Positions 40,080 through 49,657 of a stretch of DNA of 64,000 nt are shown here, piece by piece; the first letter of the stretch is position 1; each line of letters opens with the position of its first letter. The position numbers and the translations under genes were made by a program. Origin of the DNA: a virus. Lineage: Duplodnaviria > Caudoviricetes. The stretch lies in the IMG/VR virus record IMGVR_UViG_3300030104_006170; one strand, given 5' to 3'. Below the pieces are notes generated by a model that was not told the origin of the DNA, searched no databases, and worked only from the letters and a program-made list of their open reading frames with translations.

Positions 40080-42292
40080 GTTGTTAATCTACTAATTAAT
40101 TCTTGTTTTTCATAATCACTTAACTTATCTATGTGTTGTCTATATTCAATATAGTCACGTACTACATCTTCTACCGATTTATCCTCCATTTTAGCTCTTC
40201 TTTCAAAACCTGCTTTTTGTGCACCTAACTCATAGTCTTGAGTGTAGTACTCAAAAGGTGTTAAATTTAAACTTTTTTGTGTTAAGTCTTCATCCGGTAA
40301 ATCTGGTCTTTCTGTGTCTAGTTCTTGGAGGATGTGTTCTATTTCATGTCTTACATATTCGGATAATACAATATATAAACTTTCATAGTGTTTTTCGTTG
40401 AATGTTGGTGATAGTGTTATGTCTACGTATATAGTATCGTCGAACTCCCCTCCCATGTACGCGTCTACAATAAAATTGTCTTCTTCTGGATTTTCTAAAA
40501 TATTTAACTCTAGATTAAACTTAAGTTCTCCGTATTCGTACTCATCACCGTCAATATCACTATAATAGTCCGGTAACAAAACTATTTCATCACCACCTTC
40601 AAAAAGTTTTACTACTTCAAAAATATCTTTAACGACATCGGTAGTTGCTTTTTCTGCAATCCTAGCCATGTAAACTTCTTCATGTAATTTACTTTCATTA
40701 AGTTTTCTATTATTAATGATGTTTAGTTCTAAAATAGATTTATATTGATTTAGGTTTTTAGTATCAACGTTTTCTAACGATTTGGTGAGTGGTATGTTTA
40801 ACCACTTTATTTTGTTTTCTTGTTCCACTAACCATTTAAGGTTTTTATTGTCCAAACTTTCATCAATTAAACTTAACTTACCTATTCTTTCATCTGTAAT
40901 GACTCTACTATCTTTAAATCTTTCACTTAATACTTTTCCTACCCACACACCTTCTTCTACAATATCATCTTCAAGTTCATCATCAATCATTTTATCTGTT
41001 CTTATTTTTTTTAATCTTAAAACTAAAGAGTTGAATAAGTTTTTAATGTAGAATATCCCCACCGATACCAAAGCACCTTTTAAATAAGAAGAAATTGCTC
41101 CGATATCAAAACCAACCTCACCTATTATTCTATTGGTGATATCTAATATAGGTACCAGTAAGAATGTATACCCTAGAAGTTCAGCTAAAGATGATACAGT
41201 AAATCCAGCTTTCTCAACTACTTTTAATGATATATTTTCAAAATCTTTTAATAGTTCTACCACTTTATTTACATAGCCACCTAAACCTCTACCCTTAACT
41301 TCTTCTCTCAGTCTTTGAATATCTTTTATTGTATTAATACTTAGGTAAGATAATGCGGATAAAAATATTAAGATTATTTCTCCTTCACTTAGTGTTGGGT
41401 ATTGTCCTTCTAGTAGTTCTTTAACGAACCCAAACATCCCACTAATTCCAAAACCAAATGTTCCTACGAATTGTAGTTGTACTCCCATGTCTGAAAGTGT
41501 TTTTTGGAACATGGATTTTGTAGGTTCTTGTTCTGGGTATTGTTCCTCTAGTCTATCAGGAGCGTCCATAGCTATTGCCTCTGCATCCATCATATTTTCC
41601 CAATCTCCTATTGGGTTTTGTATTCTTGGTTCGCCTTCTTCATTGTAATCAGAAGTACCAGTATCAGTTAATTTAATTGGTGTTAATTTGTATGGTTCTA
41701 TAATTTTACTTACTGGAACTCCAGCACTTTCTAATTTTTTCATAAAGTTATAGAGTGTGTAGTAATCTTGTTTTAAGGTACCACCGGTTTTGTTTATTTG
41801 TTCATGGTCTGGTGATGGTGGAAACTCGTCCATACATTTTCCTTCACAGTTAGGGTCAACACCATTTTCACCACAATAACATCTAAATTCCTCTACTATA
41901 TCATATAACACATCAAATAGTAGGATTGAGTGAATCCAATCTAAGTTTGTGTTATCTAATATTTCTAATTGGTCATTAAGTGTTGGTAGTCCAGTTTCGT
42001 CTACTACTCGTTTTACTTTTTCATCAGAATCTAGGTCTAGAGCATCATAATTAAATATGTCAGACCAAGCTACACTAGAATCTAAAAGTCCTAATTTTTT
42101 TCCTTCATGAACACCTATTGCTAGATAATCTAAAGCCTGTTCAAAGTTAGAACTGGGTCTACTGAAACCTTCTCCATATGCTGAGGGGTGATAAGTATTG
42201 TATAGGTCACTATATAACTGACGACCATACTTAGGCCAAAAATCTCTCATGTACCTATTAACTAAATCTATATTGATTGAATTCTCCATCAA
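40076..42292 (-). CDS. multi-domain protein with central hydrophobic region and C-terminal HExxH zinc-peptidase-like domain (probable start ATG 42289)
   Basis: YVRHEIEHILQE...E.GA; internal LVE|Q, LNE|S, LHE|E sites; TATTTAT at 42295-42301. Confidence 0.6.
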   Translation of the reverse strand: MMENSINIDLVNRYMRDFWPKYGRQLYSDLYNTYHPSAYGEGFSRPSSNFEQALDYLAIGVHEGKKLGLLDSSVAWSDIFNYDALDLDSDEKVKRVVDETGLPTLNDQLEILDNTNLDWIHSILLFDVLYDIVEEFRCYCGENGVDPNCEGKCMDEFPPSPDHEQINKTGGTLKQDYYTLYNFMKKLESAGVPVSKIIEPYKLTPIKLTDTGTSDYNEEGEPRIQNPIGDWENMMDAEAIAMDAPDRLEEQYPEQEPTKSMFQKTLSDMGVQLQFVGTFGFGISGMFGFVKELLEGQYPTLSEGEIILIFLSALSYLSINTIKDIQRLREEVKGRGLGGYVNKVVELLKDFENISLKVVEKAGFTVSSLAELLGYTFLLVPILDITNRIIGEVGFDIGAISSYLKGALVSVGIFYIKNLFNSLVLRLKKIRTDKMIDDELEDDIVEEGVWVGKVLSERFKDSRVITDERIGKLSLIDESLDNKNLKWLVEQENKIKWLNIPLTKSLENVDTKNLNQYKSILELNIINNRKLNESKLHEEVYMARIAEKATTDVVKDIFEVVKLFEGGDEIVLLPDYYSDIDGDEYEYGELKFNLELNILENPEEDNFIVDAYMGGEFDDTIYVDITLSPTFNEKHYESLYIVLSEYVRHEIEHILQELDTERPDLPDEDLTQKSLNLTPFEYYTQDYELGAQKAGFERRAKMEDKSVEDVVRDYIEYRQHIDKLSDYEKQELISRLTT

Positions 42293-42310
42293 ATATAAAT
42301 ATCTGGTGGT

Positions 42311-42604
42311 TTAGTAAGTATGTGCGTTGTTATTAATCTCTTCAACTATCTGGTCAAAACATTCCTGGACCTCGTCAAAGTGAATGTCTGGGGTTAATAA
42401 TTTTGCGGTATCTAAATGGTCGTCCACTATAATAACAGTAGGCACAAATTCAATATCTAATGTTTTACACATTTCATCCCATTCTTTTTCATTTTCGTCT
42501 ACATCAGTAACTTCATAAGGAAGTGGATAATTATCTAACATTTGTTTTAGTTCTGTACAATAAGGACAGTCTTTTGTGGAATATACGTGAATTTTTTTTG
42601 TCAT
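42311..42604 (-). CDS. glutaredoxin/thioredoxin-like protein
   Basis: YSTKDCPYC; FVPTVII cis-Pro motif. Confidence 0.85.
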   Translation of the reverse strand: MTKKIHVYSTKDCPYCTELKQMLDNYPLPYEVTDVDENEKEWDEMCKTLDIEFVPTVIIVDDHLDTAKLLTPDIHFDEVQECFDQIVEEINNNAHTY

Positions 42605-42605
42605 T

Positions 42606-43658
42606 TTAAAAACCTATTTTAGTTTTTTTATTATTATCGATACCTAGGTTATCCTCATAATTATATATATCAGATAAGGGCATCGGTAGAGATGTTTTAT
42701 GGTCTATATTTAATGATTTAAGTAATTTATTACTTTTGTCAACAGATAAGTTATCAAATTTATATTCTGCTATAAGTCTACCTTTTCTAAGTAGAGCTTC
42801 GTCAATTAATTGTCTATCAGTATTAAATGTCGCTACAATCTGTGTTTTTAAACAATCGCCCAAAATACCGTCACTTAAATTGAGTAGGTTAGACACCGCT
42901 GTTTCATTACCATTTCCACTTCTATTTTTTACTACCTTTTCAGCGTCTTCAATTATTAGGACCGAGTTTGGGTGTTTCATCATAAAAGGTACAAATTCTG
43001 GTGTAGCTAACATATCTACCATATTGTTGGGTAAAAATATAACTTCTTTACTTATGAGTTTAGTTAAATGACGAATATATGTTGTTTTTCCTGTACCGGG
43101 TTTACCGTGAAGTAAAATGATACCTTTACCGTCTTTTTCATTTAATTTACTAACTATCTTTTTTGAGATTTTCTTAAAACCCTTATTATAATTTTTATCA
43201 ATACTTAACTTATCTTTACCACTGATATCGAACTTTTGGAGTGTAAGTCCGTATTCGTCTTTTACTATCAACCCTACTTTTTTATTAGAGGAACTACTTC
43301 TAAACTCTTCAACATCCTCTAACAAGGTCTCTATTGTACTTCTATTAGTATAATATATTGACATCCAACCTTCTTTTTCTTCCTTAACATTTTCTACCCT
43401 AACTAAAAATTTTTGATGTTGTTTAGAGGAAAATATTTTAGTCGTACCATCGTTATTTTTATCACTAACAATCTCATAGGTTGCTAAATTTTCTAAGTAT
43501 TGGTTTTTAGTTAAATAATTAATCAGTTCTTTATAGTTAAACGAATAATCATATCTTAAACTACTAGGAACCACGTTAAACCGGTCTCTAAAGTATGGTC
43601 CTATTGGGAATTCGTCCGCGTAGGCACCTTCATAATATTGTATTTTTTCTTCTTTCAT
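42606..43658 (-). CDS. AAA+ ATPase
   Basis: Walker A HGKPGTGKT, Walker B LIIED, LLNLSDG, DEALLRKGRL. Confidence 0.9.
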   Translation of the reverse strand: MKEEKIQYYEGAYADEFPIGPYFRDRFNVVPSSLRYDYSFNYKELINYLTKNQYLENLATYEIVSDKNNDGTTKIFSSKQHQKFLVRVENVKEEKEGWMSIYYTNRSTIETLLEDVEEFRSSSSNKKVGLIVKDEYGLTLQKFDISGKDKLSIDKNYNKGFKKISKKIVSKLNEKDGKGIILLHGKPGTGKTTYIRHLTKLISKEVIFLPNNMVDMLATPEFVPFMMKHPNSVLIIEDAEKVVKNRSGNGNETAVSNLLNLSDGILGDCLKTQIVATFNTDRQLIDEALLRKGRLIAEYKFDNLSVDKSNKLLKSLNIDHKTSLPMPLSDIYNYEDNLGIDNNKKTKIGF

Positions 43659-43666
43659 ATTTTTTA

Positions 43667-45433
43667 TTAAAATGGTAAATCATCCTCAAATCGGTAGTTG
43701 TATCTACCTCTTTTTTCTACATTTTCTAATCTACCTGTAAATTTACATTCTTTAATCACCTGAGTCTTTTTATATAACCCTTCTTTCGATGTTTCTTTTA
43801 TTTTTAAATTTAATACATTAACAAATGGTTGTAAATCCTCTGAGACTGTTTGATTGAATCTAGCTCTACTTTGTACGTTACTCATTATTTTATTTTTACC
43901 TCTAGGGACAAATTCATTAGTTATTCTGTTACCCTTATCATCTCTTAATGAAATAATACAAGTATCTCTATGTTCAATATAAGTCTTAACACAATTACTT
44001 TGTACACTACTTTCATCTCTATATTCATAAGTGTCCCTTAAAACTACTGGTGTCATTGTTTTATTACCAATAGTAATAGGTTGTTGTATGTGGTTTAAAA
44101 AATCTTTATCATAGATATGAGTTATTGATGTGGTATTATTAATCTCATCCACTAAATTTGTCCATTCTTGGTGTTCTTCAACAAACTCGTCATAGTTAGT
44201 GGCTTTAAGTTTAGGGTTTAACCCCTCTGTTTGCAATCTAAATTTTAATCTTCCTAGATGGTCTGAAACTAAATCAGAAATAACATTATTTACATTTTGT
44301 GGTTCAAAATTATAATCAGTTAACAAGGAGTTTAATATTGATACAAAGTTTCTTTTTTCTTTGGGTGTTAGCTCCATATTCATCTGCCATCCCATATTAT
44401 ATTTTTGGGTAAGTAGTTCAGGGTTTAATTCCCTTAATAGGTGTATACCTAAAACTTCTAACATTATCTGATATGATGGTAGTTTAATATCGGTATAGGT
44501 ATTGAATACCTTTATCGCGTACTTAGAGTATATCCCCTCTTCTTTTAATATTGTTTGTATTAGATTGTTTCCTTTCTTTTTTAATTGTTTAATACCTGGA
44601 TAGTTATGTGTAAAATAATGCATCCATTTATCTGGTGTTTTAATACCTCTTACCTTTGTAAACCACATACTAGATAGTTCTAGAATATTTGCAGTTTTGT
44701 TTAGTTTTGCGTTAAATTTAAAATCTTTCCCACATAACTCATTAATAAGTGATTTTTTACATTTAAATAAACCCACACTTATTTTATCTCTTTTATCATA
44801 ATATTGTGGATTCTCAATAAACTTATTTAGGTTGTTGAGTGGCATATTTACACTTAAGTCTATATCAAATAATATTTCTCCTAGATTGAAGTGGTCTTTT
44901 TTCCAGTATTTAAATGGGTTCTTCATTACAGTAGTATTCTTTTTTCTACCAATATACTGTGTTGTGGTTTTATACACATTATTATTAACCAAATCAAATG
45001 TTACATGAACTACTTCTCTTTGCTTCCAAAAATATTTTGCACCACATTTTCTACCTTTAACTGTAAAATATCTACTAATCCTAACTTTTTTAGTTATACC
45101 CTCGTCTACCACTTTTTCTACTACTACAGTAATTCTTTTTAGTTTAGTGTGGACATATGGTGAAAAACATAATTTTTTCCACTCTTCATCATTAAGGTTA
45201 GTGTGTTGTTTTTTAAATTTAAAAACGACTAAATCTGGATTATCTCTGGAACCTACATTAAATAAGTTTGTATTTTTATGGGTTCTACTTCCAGGTAGAA
45301 GAGTATTGAACTTTTCGTATTCTTGGGTCCAATACTCTTCATGTGATAATTTATGTAATACTATGGTTTCCATATTAGACGTAAGCTTCGGTAAGTTCCC
45401 ATAGTTTTTTGTTAACTTCGATTCTTCTGTCAA
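43667..45433 (-). CDS. PcfJ-like domain protein (probable start METIVL at 45373)
   Basis: C-terminal LRDTYEYRDESSVQSNCVKTY...IISLR...R.TNEF...Q.RARFN; ends EDDLPF. Confidence 0.7.
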   Translation of the reverse strand: MTEESKLTKNYGNLPKLTSNMETIVLHKLSHEEYWTQEYEKFNTLLPGSRTHKNTNLFNVGSRDNPDLVVFKFKKQHTNLNDEEWKKLCFSPYVHTKLKRITVVVEKVVDEGITKKVRISRYFTVKGRKCGAKYFWKQREVVHVTFDLVNNNVYKTTTQYIGRKKNTTVMKNPFKYWKKDHFNLGEILFDIDLSVNMPLNNLNKFIENPQYYDKRDKISVGLFKCKKSLINELCGKDFKFNAKLNKTANILELSSMWFTKVRGIKTPDKWMHYFTHNYPGIKQLKKKGNNLIQTILKEEGIYSKYAIKVFNTYTDIKLPSYQIMLEVLGIHLLRELNPELLTQKYNMGWQMNMELTPKEKRNFVSILNSLLTDYNFEPQNVNNVISDLVSDHLGRLKFRLQTEGLNPKLKATNYDEFVEEHQEWTNLVDEINNTTSITHIYDKDFLNHIQQPITIGNKTMTPVVLRDTYEYRDESSVQSNCVKTYIEHRDTCIISLRDDKGNRITNEFVPRGKNKIMSNVQSRARFNQTVSEDLQPFVNVLNLKIKETSKEGLYKKTQVIKECKFTGRLENVEKRGRYNYRFEDDLPF

Positions 45434-46151
45434 TATTGACGATTGGTCTTAGTTTTTGCATTTTTTCTTTTTTGTCATTAAACACTAAGCCACCTTTTAT
45501 AAGTTTTTCTTGGACTACATTAAATATTTTCCATAGTTGGTCACCTCTATCTCCTTGTCTTATTGGGGATAATAAATCTTCTACGTTTAAATTTTCATTA
45601 CCTTTTGGGTAACGTGTAAGTAAAGCTTGTGAAGCGAAATCTATCTGTTGGTCGTCACTTAAAGTTACTGAGTTTAATTCTTGTACTTGTGTGATAACTT
45701 TAGGTACCACTTCTAACATACCATCCATAATTTTTCTAATTTCATCAAAACTATACCATTGGTGTTTAATTTTTACCTGTTCAAACGTAGTGTCCGCAAT
45801 AACCAATCCATTAGAACATACCATTCTAAAGAGTCCCGCGTGTAATGTAAAAGCATTTCTACCATCGTGTGAGTTTGTTAATACTACTTCTGGAATTGAG
45901 TCTCCTATTTTACCCACATCACCATTACGTAATCTTATCATATGTTTTGTAAACATAGCATCTTGACTTTTTCTAGATTTTCTTTGTGATGCGTTAAATG
46001 GTTCCCAACCTAATTTTTCCATATCATCTAATACTGTTGCAGTAGAGATAAAAGTGTACTTGTTAGAAACTTTTGGGGATTGTTGACTTGCGAAAGCGGA
46101 TGGGACTAATTCTAGTAGTTCGGTTCTTGTGAGTGAATTGTTATTTTTCAT
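45375..46151 (-). CDS. DUF932/DUF945 family protein
   Basis: KYTFIST, KHMIRLR, EVVLTNSHDG..AF.L.AGLFRMVCSNGL, LWKIFNVVQEKL. Confidence 0.85.
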   Translation of the reverse strand: MKNNNSLTRTELLELVPSAFASQQSPKVSNKYTFISTATVLDDMEKLGWEPFNASQRKSRKSQDAMFTKHMIRLRNGDVGKIGDSIPEVVLTNSHDGRNAFTLHAGLFRMVCSNGLVIADTTFEQVKIKHQWYSFDEIRKIMDGMLEVVPKVITQVQELNSVTLSDDQQIDFASQALLTRYPKGNENLNVEDLLSPIRQGDRGDQLWKIFNVVQEKLIKGGLVFNDKKEKMQKLRPIVNIDRRIEVNKKLWELTEAYV

Positions 46152-46182
46152 TTATTTTATATATTAGATTAAATTTGTACCA

Positions 46183-46213
46183 CAAAGATAAACAATTATA
46201 ATTAAATAAACAA
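46183..46213 (-). promoter_or_regulatory. Bacteroidetes sigma-type promoter TTG-N20-TATCTTTG
   Basis: Exact TAnnTTTG (-7) with TTG (-33). Confidence 0.75.
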
Positions 46214-46226
46214 GAAGGGAGTGATT

Positions 46227-46445
46227 TTATTTTTCTTTAGATACTATACTAAGTAATACTAGGATGAGGGATAGAATAAATGAGGAAGAAAAAGATAAGA
46301 TTACAAATAAATTCCTATCTATCATATTGTTGGTTATCAACCACCAAATAGAAAAGAGAGACCAAAGACTAAAGGTCATAAACATTAGAATCATCATAAA
46401 GATAACCCCCCAAGTTAATAATGTTAGTTTAATTTGTTCAAGCAT
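46227..46445 (-). CDS. small two-TM membrane protein
   Basis: Two hydrophobic segments. Confidence 0.5.
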   Translation of the reverse strand: MLEQIKLTLLTWGVIFMMILMFMTFSLWSLFSIWWLITNNMIDRNLFVILSFSSSFILSLILVLLSIVSKEK

Positions 46446-46740
46446 TTTCTACTTTAAGTTTTATTTTAATATTATCACCATAAAGAGCTTTTTCTATGTC
46501 TACATTAATTTCATAGTCTTTAACTAAGTTTTTTACTTTATCTACTAACCTTTTGGTGTCATGGTCTTCCCTTAAAATTTCTTTTGCGTAATCATCTGTA
46601 AATTTGTCTCCGGTAGTTGGGTAGGGTGGAACTGTTAAATATATACCATCTTCTTTACAATGTACGTTTACACCTAAATCTTGAGTTTTTAAGTCTTTTT
46701 CTAGTGTAAGTCTAAACCACTTATTTTTGTACCTTTCCAT
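46438..46740 (-). CDS. hypothetical protein
   Basis: ORF track; operon overlap. Confidence 0.55.
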   Translation of the reverse strand: MERYKNKWFRLTLEKDLKTQDLGVNVHCKEDGIYLTVPPYPTTGDKFTDDYAKEILREDHDTKRLVDKVKNLVKDYEINVDIEKALYGDNIKIKLKVENA

Positions 46741-46867
46741 TTTTAGATTCTTTAGGTGCTGGGTTGTACTCTTTTTTTGTGGTTTTAAGTCTTTCCATCA
46801 TTTGTTTAGACTTATCTAACAAGTCTTTGTTAGTTTGGTGTGTGGTATTTAATTTTCTTTCACTCAT
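46721..46867 (-). CDS. 48-aa basic hypothetical protein
   Basis: Hand-translated MSERKLNTTHQTNKDLLDKSKQMMERLK...; promoter directly upstream. Confidence 0.45.
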   Translation of the reverse strand: MSERKLNTTHQTNKDLLDKSKQMMERLKTTKKEYNPAPKESKNGKVQK

Positions 46868-46879
46868 AATTTTATTTTA

Positions 46880-46908
46880 ATAATAGTAAATTTTATTGGG
46901 TTTGACAA
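46880..46908 (-). promoter_or_regulatory. promoter TTGTCA-N17-TATTAT
   Basis: Near-consensus sigma70 spacing (also fits TTG-N20-TA). Confidence 0.6.
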
Positions 46909-46986
46909 GTTATTATTTTGAGTCTCTCTGGTGAGCAAAATAACAAATTGCCTTACCTAAGACAAGAGATATGATTATGGTAACTA

Positions 46987-47340
46987 TTAATTCCAAAATA
47001 ATAACTTAATGATAACACCTATTATTGCGGAATAAACAACCCAGAGTGCTTTTGTAACATTCCCTTTCCATGAAACTACATTATCTACCTCCTTTAGTTT
47101 TGGTTGAGTTTCTTTCATGAATTCTGTATTTTTATTTACTTCTACTATAATACCACTATCTGGATTAAATAGTCTTTTTTGAACTGTCCTGATTTCACTT
47201 TTTAAAGCTTTTTGTCCTTCCTCTAAATCTTCTAAAGATTTTTGCATTAAAGCTAGTTCACCGTTAGGTAGACCTCTTTTAATCTCTTGTAGTTCTATTA
47301 AAACTTCATTTAATATTTCAGTTTGTGTTTGTTTAGCCAT
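46987..47340 (-). CDS. coiled-coil protein with C-terminal TM (XhlA/holin-like)
   Basis: Heptad region then KALWVVYSAIIGVIIKLLFW. Confidence 0.55.
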   Translation of the reverse strand: MAKQTQTEILNEVLIELQEIKRGLPNGELALMQKSLEDLEEGQKALKSEIRTVQKRLFNPDSGIIVEVNKNTEFMKETQPKLKEVDNVVSWKGNVTKALWVVYSAIIGVIIKLLFWN

Positions 47341-47734
47341 TTTTTACCTCTGTTAATACTTTTTTCTTTCCACCATCATATATGTATGCGTGACCTTCTA
47401 CAATAAGTTGGTTATTTATACATATAGTATTATCATTTTCATCCATGATAAATATTTCTGCCAATACTCTTCCGTACTTTCCAACACCGTAGGATTTTAA
47501 TCTAAAATACCCAGACTTGCTGGATACTTTTTCTAATAATTCTTTATTTCTTTCTTTAGCTGCTAAACCTAATTTTTTTTCCTCTAGATTTCTAGTTCTA
47601 GACTCCCAAGTATCAATTCCTTTGTATCTGATTCTTTTCTTAACCCAAATATCAAAGCCAACATCGATAAGAGCATCAATAGTATCTCCATCAACTACTC
47701 TTTCTAACTTACCTCTGTATATATATTTATCCAT
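47333..47734 (-). CDS. thermonuclease (SNase) family nuclease
   Basis: RVVDGDTI, RIRYKGIDTWES, GKYGRVLA. Confidence 0.9.
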   Translation of the reverse strand: MDKYIYRGKLERVVDGDTIDALIDVGFDIWVKKRIRYKGIDTWESRTRNLEEKKLGLAAKERNKELLEKVSSKSGYFRLKSYGVGKYGRVLAEIFIMDENDNTICINNQLIVEGHAYIYDGGKKKVLTEVKNG

Positions 47735-47736
47735 TT

Positions 47737-47895
47737 TTAAAAATAAATTTCAAAACCAAAGTTTACTAACATAAACCTAAGTTGTGTTTTATCAACTTTG
47801 AGTTCTAAAAGGGTTAATGTACCACATCTTAGGGTTAAACTATACTTTTCTTTTTTGTTACCGGCATCAAAACCGTTTATCCAATTGATTCTCAT
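47737..47895 (-). CDS. 52-aa hypothetical protein
   Basis: Hand-translated MRINWINGFDAGNKKEKYSLTLRCG...; TATTTAT at 47910-47916. Confidence 0.5.
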   Translation of the reverse strand: MRINWINGFDAGNKKEKYSLTLRCGTLTLLELKVDKTQLRFMLVNFGFEIYF

Positions 47896-47957
47896 AATTC
47901 TTTTTTATTATAAATAGTCCTAGATAATATTAAAGGATTTAAATATATTTATTAATA

Positions 47958-48764
47958 ATGAAAGATATGATTACAGAAGACATCCGAAGGATTAAAGAAC
48001 TAATTAGACTAACAGAAGGGGATAATATAGGTCAATATATAGACTCTACTTATTTAAAAACCTCGGACCAAGCAGGTATTAGTGATGATGAGACTACTAG
48101 ATTAGTCTCCAAAACTATTCAAGATGCTATAGACCACAATATGAAGTTAGTTATGATAAGACCTGAATTTGTTAGTTTAGCTGACCAAATGATTAAAGAG
48201 TATGATTCCGACCTTCTAGTTGGGACTGTTATTGGTTTCCCTGGTGGTGATGCTAGTATTAGTGAAAAAATAGGTGAAGCTATGGAAGCTATTAACAATA
48301 ATGTTGACGAATTAGATTTTGTTGTTGACTACAATGCTTTTAAAAATGGTGATTTGGATAAAGTTAAGAATGAGGTTAGTGAAGGTACATCTATAGGGAT
48401 AGATGAGGGTAGAGTGGTGAAATGGATTATAGAGTCTGCAGCGTTAACTTCAGACCAAGTTGCTGAATTAACAAGTTTAATTAGAGATGTCGTTATAGAA
48501 ACAGTTGGGGAACAAAAAGCAAGTGATGTTTTTGTAAAAACTTCCACAGGATTTTACAAACCTGAAGATGGTAGTCCTGGTGGGGCAACTGTAGATGACG
48601 TATCAATAATGTCTATAAATGCAGGTCCATTAAAAGTTAAAGCTTCTGGGGGTATTTATAGTAGAGAAGACCTTGAAAAAATGGTTGATGCTGGAGCTTC
48701 CCGAATAGGTACTTCTGCAGGATTAGAAATAATAAAAGGTGAAAAAGCTAATACAGATTATTAA
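47958..48764 (+). CDS. deoC: deoxyribose-phosphate aldolase with ~20-aa N-terminal extension
   Basis: YIDSTYLK, TVIGFP, ELDFVV, KWIIES, FVKTSTGF (Schiff-base Lys), VKASGGI, GASRIGTS. Confidence 0.92.
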   Translation: MKDMITEDIRRIKELIRLTEGDNIGQYIDSTYLKTSDQAGISDDETTRLVSKTIQDAIDHNMKLVMIRPEFVSLADQMIKEYDSDLLVGTVIGFPGGDASISEKIGEAMEAINNNVDELDFVVDYNAFKNGDLDKVKNEVSEGTSIGIDEGRVVKWIIESAALTSDQVAELTSLIRDVVIETVGEQKASDVFVKTSTGFYKPEDGSPGGATVDDVSIMSINAGPLKVKASGGIYSREDLEKMVDAGASRIGTSAGLEIIKGEKANTDY

Positions 48765-49657
48765 TGAAAAACTTAATTAGAAAAATTTTAAAAGAAGAAG
48801 TCTTAGATATCACAGACATTCAAGATGAATTACTAATGATGCCTTTAGATGCTCGTCAAAAACTACGTGATGATTTAACCGATACAGTTAGTATGAATGC
48901 TGAAGAAGAATATACGGACATAGACGAACAAATATCCTATAAAGGTATACCAGAAATTAAAGCGAAAACTACAATAGGAAAATTATTAAAGTGGGTTAAA
49001 CGTTATATCACTGATAAAGCAACTAATTTTTTAATTAACGCATCAATGGATGAAATTAAACAGACCATTGATATTTTAGATGTGATGGACCCTACTTCTA
49101 CTGTTGGTATATTCACCCCTAAGGCTATGTATCTTGGTGGGGGAATTGATTTTGCAAAAGACGCTGTTTCTTGGAGGACTCAGGTAGAAGATTTTTATGG
49201 TCCTAGTCATGTTGTAAAGGATGAAAGACTACTTACTCTTGTAACAACAGGGGAACTAAGTTATGAAGGGTTGACTCCACCAGTACTTTTAAACCCTATG
49301 AGAGCAGAAACTGTTAGAGAAGCTGATACAGAATTTAAAGATATGTTTAAAAAATGGAAATCTAACGAATTAACACCAGAAGAATTTAAAATATTTCAAG
49401 AAAAAATAAGGGAACAAATTGTACACCAAGATTTATATATGTTACAAGTATGTGATACTAATCTAATTAACTTTGATGGTACAGCTGGAGCTGGTACATT
49501 TGGTGAAGCTCAGGTGTCAGCACTTAAAAATCAACAAGTATTTTTATGGTTAACTAATGGTATGAAATTATCAAACGTTTCTCCTTGGTTGTTACCTTCG
49601 GTTACTAAGGTTCTTATTGATGATGAATTGTGGCCTTTCTTGGGTAACTTTAAGTAG
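48764..49657 (+). CDS. nucleoside 2-deoxyribosyltransferase/dNMP N-glycosidase-like protein with N-terminal extension
   Basis: MYLGGGID...WR...LNP...DLYMLQVCD...GAGTFGE; leader MKNLIRKILKE. Confidence 0.65.
   Translation: MKNLIRKILKEEVLDITDIQDELLMMPLDARQKLRDDLTDTVSMNAEEEYTDIDEQISYKGIPEIKAKTTIGKLLKWVKRYITDKATNFLINASMDEIKQTIDILDVMDPTSTVGIFTPKAMYLGGGIDFAKDAVSWRTQVEDFYGPSHVVKDERLLTLVTTGELSYEGLTPPVLLNPMRAETVREADTEFKDMFKKWKSNELTPEEFKIFQEKIREQIVHQDLYMLQVCDTNLINFDGTAGAGTFGEAQVSALKNQQVFLWLTNGMKLSNVSPWLLPSVTKVLIDDELWPFLGNFK

Noticed and set aside
46921-46975. Imperfect hairpin (UCUCU..GGU..GCAA..UUGC..ACC..AGAGA) after the XhlA-like gene
   Set aside because: Weak, AU-rich pairing with no U-tract; it cannot be distinguished from chance or a simple 3' stabiliser.
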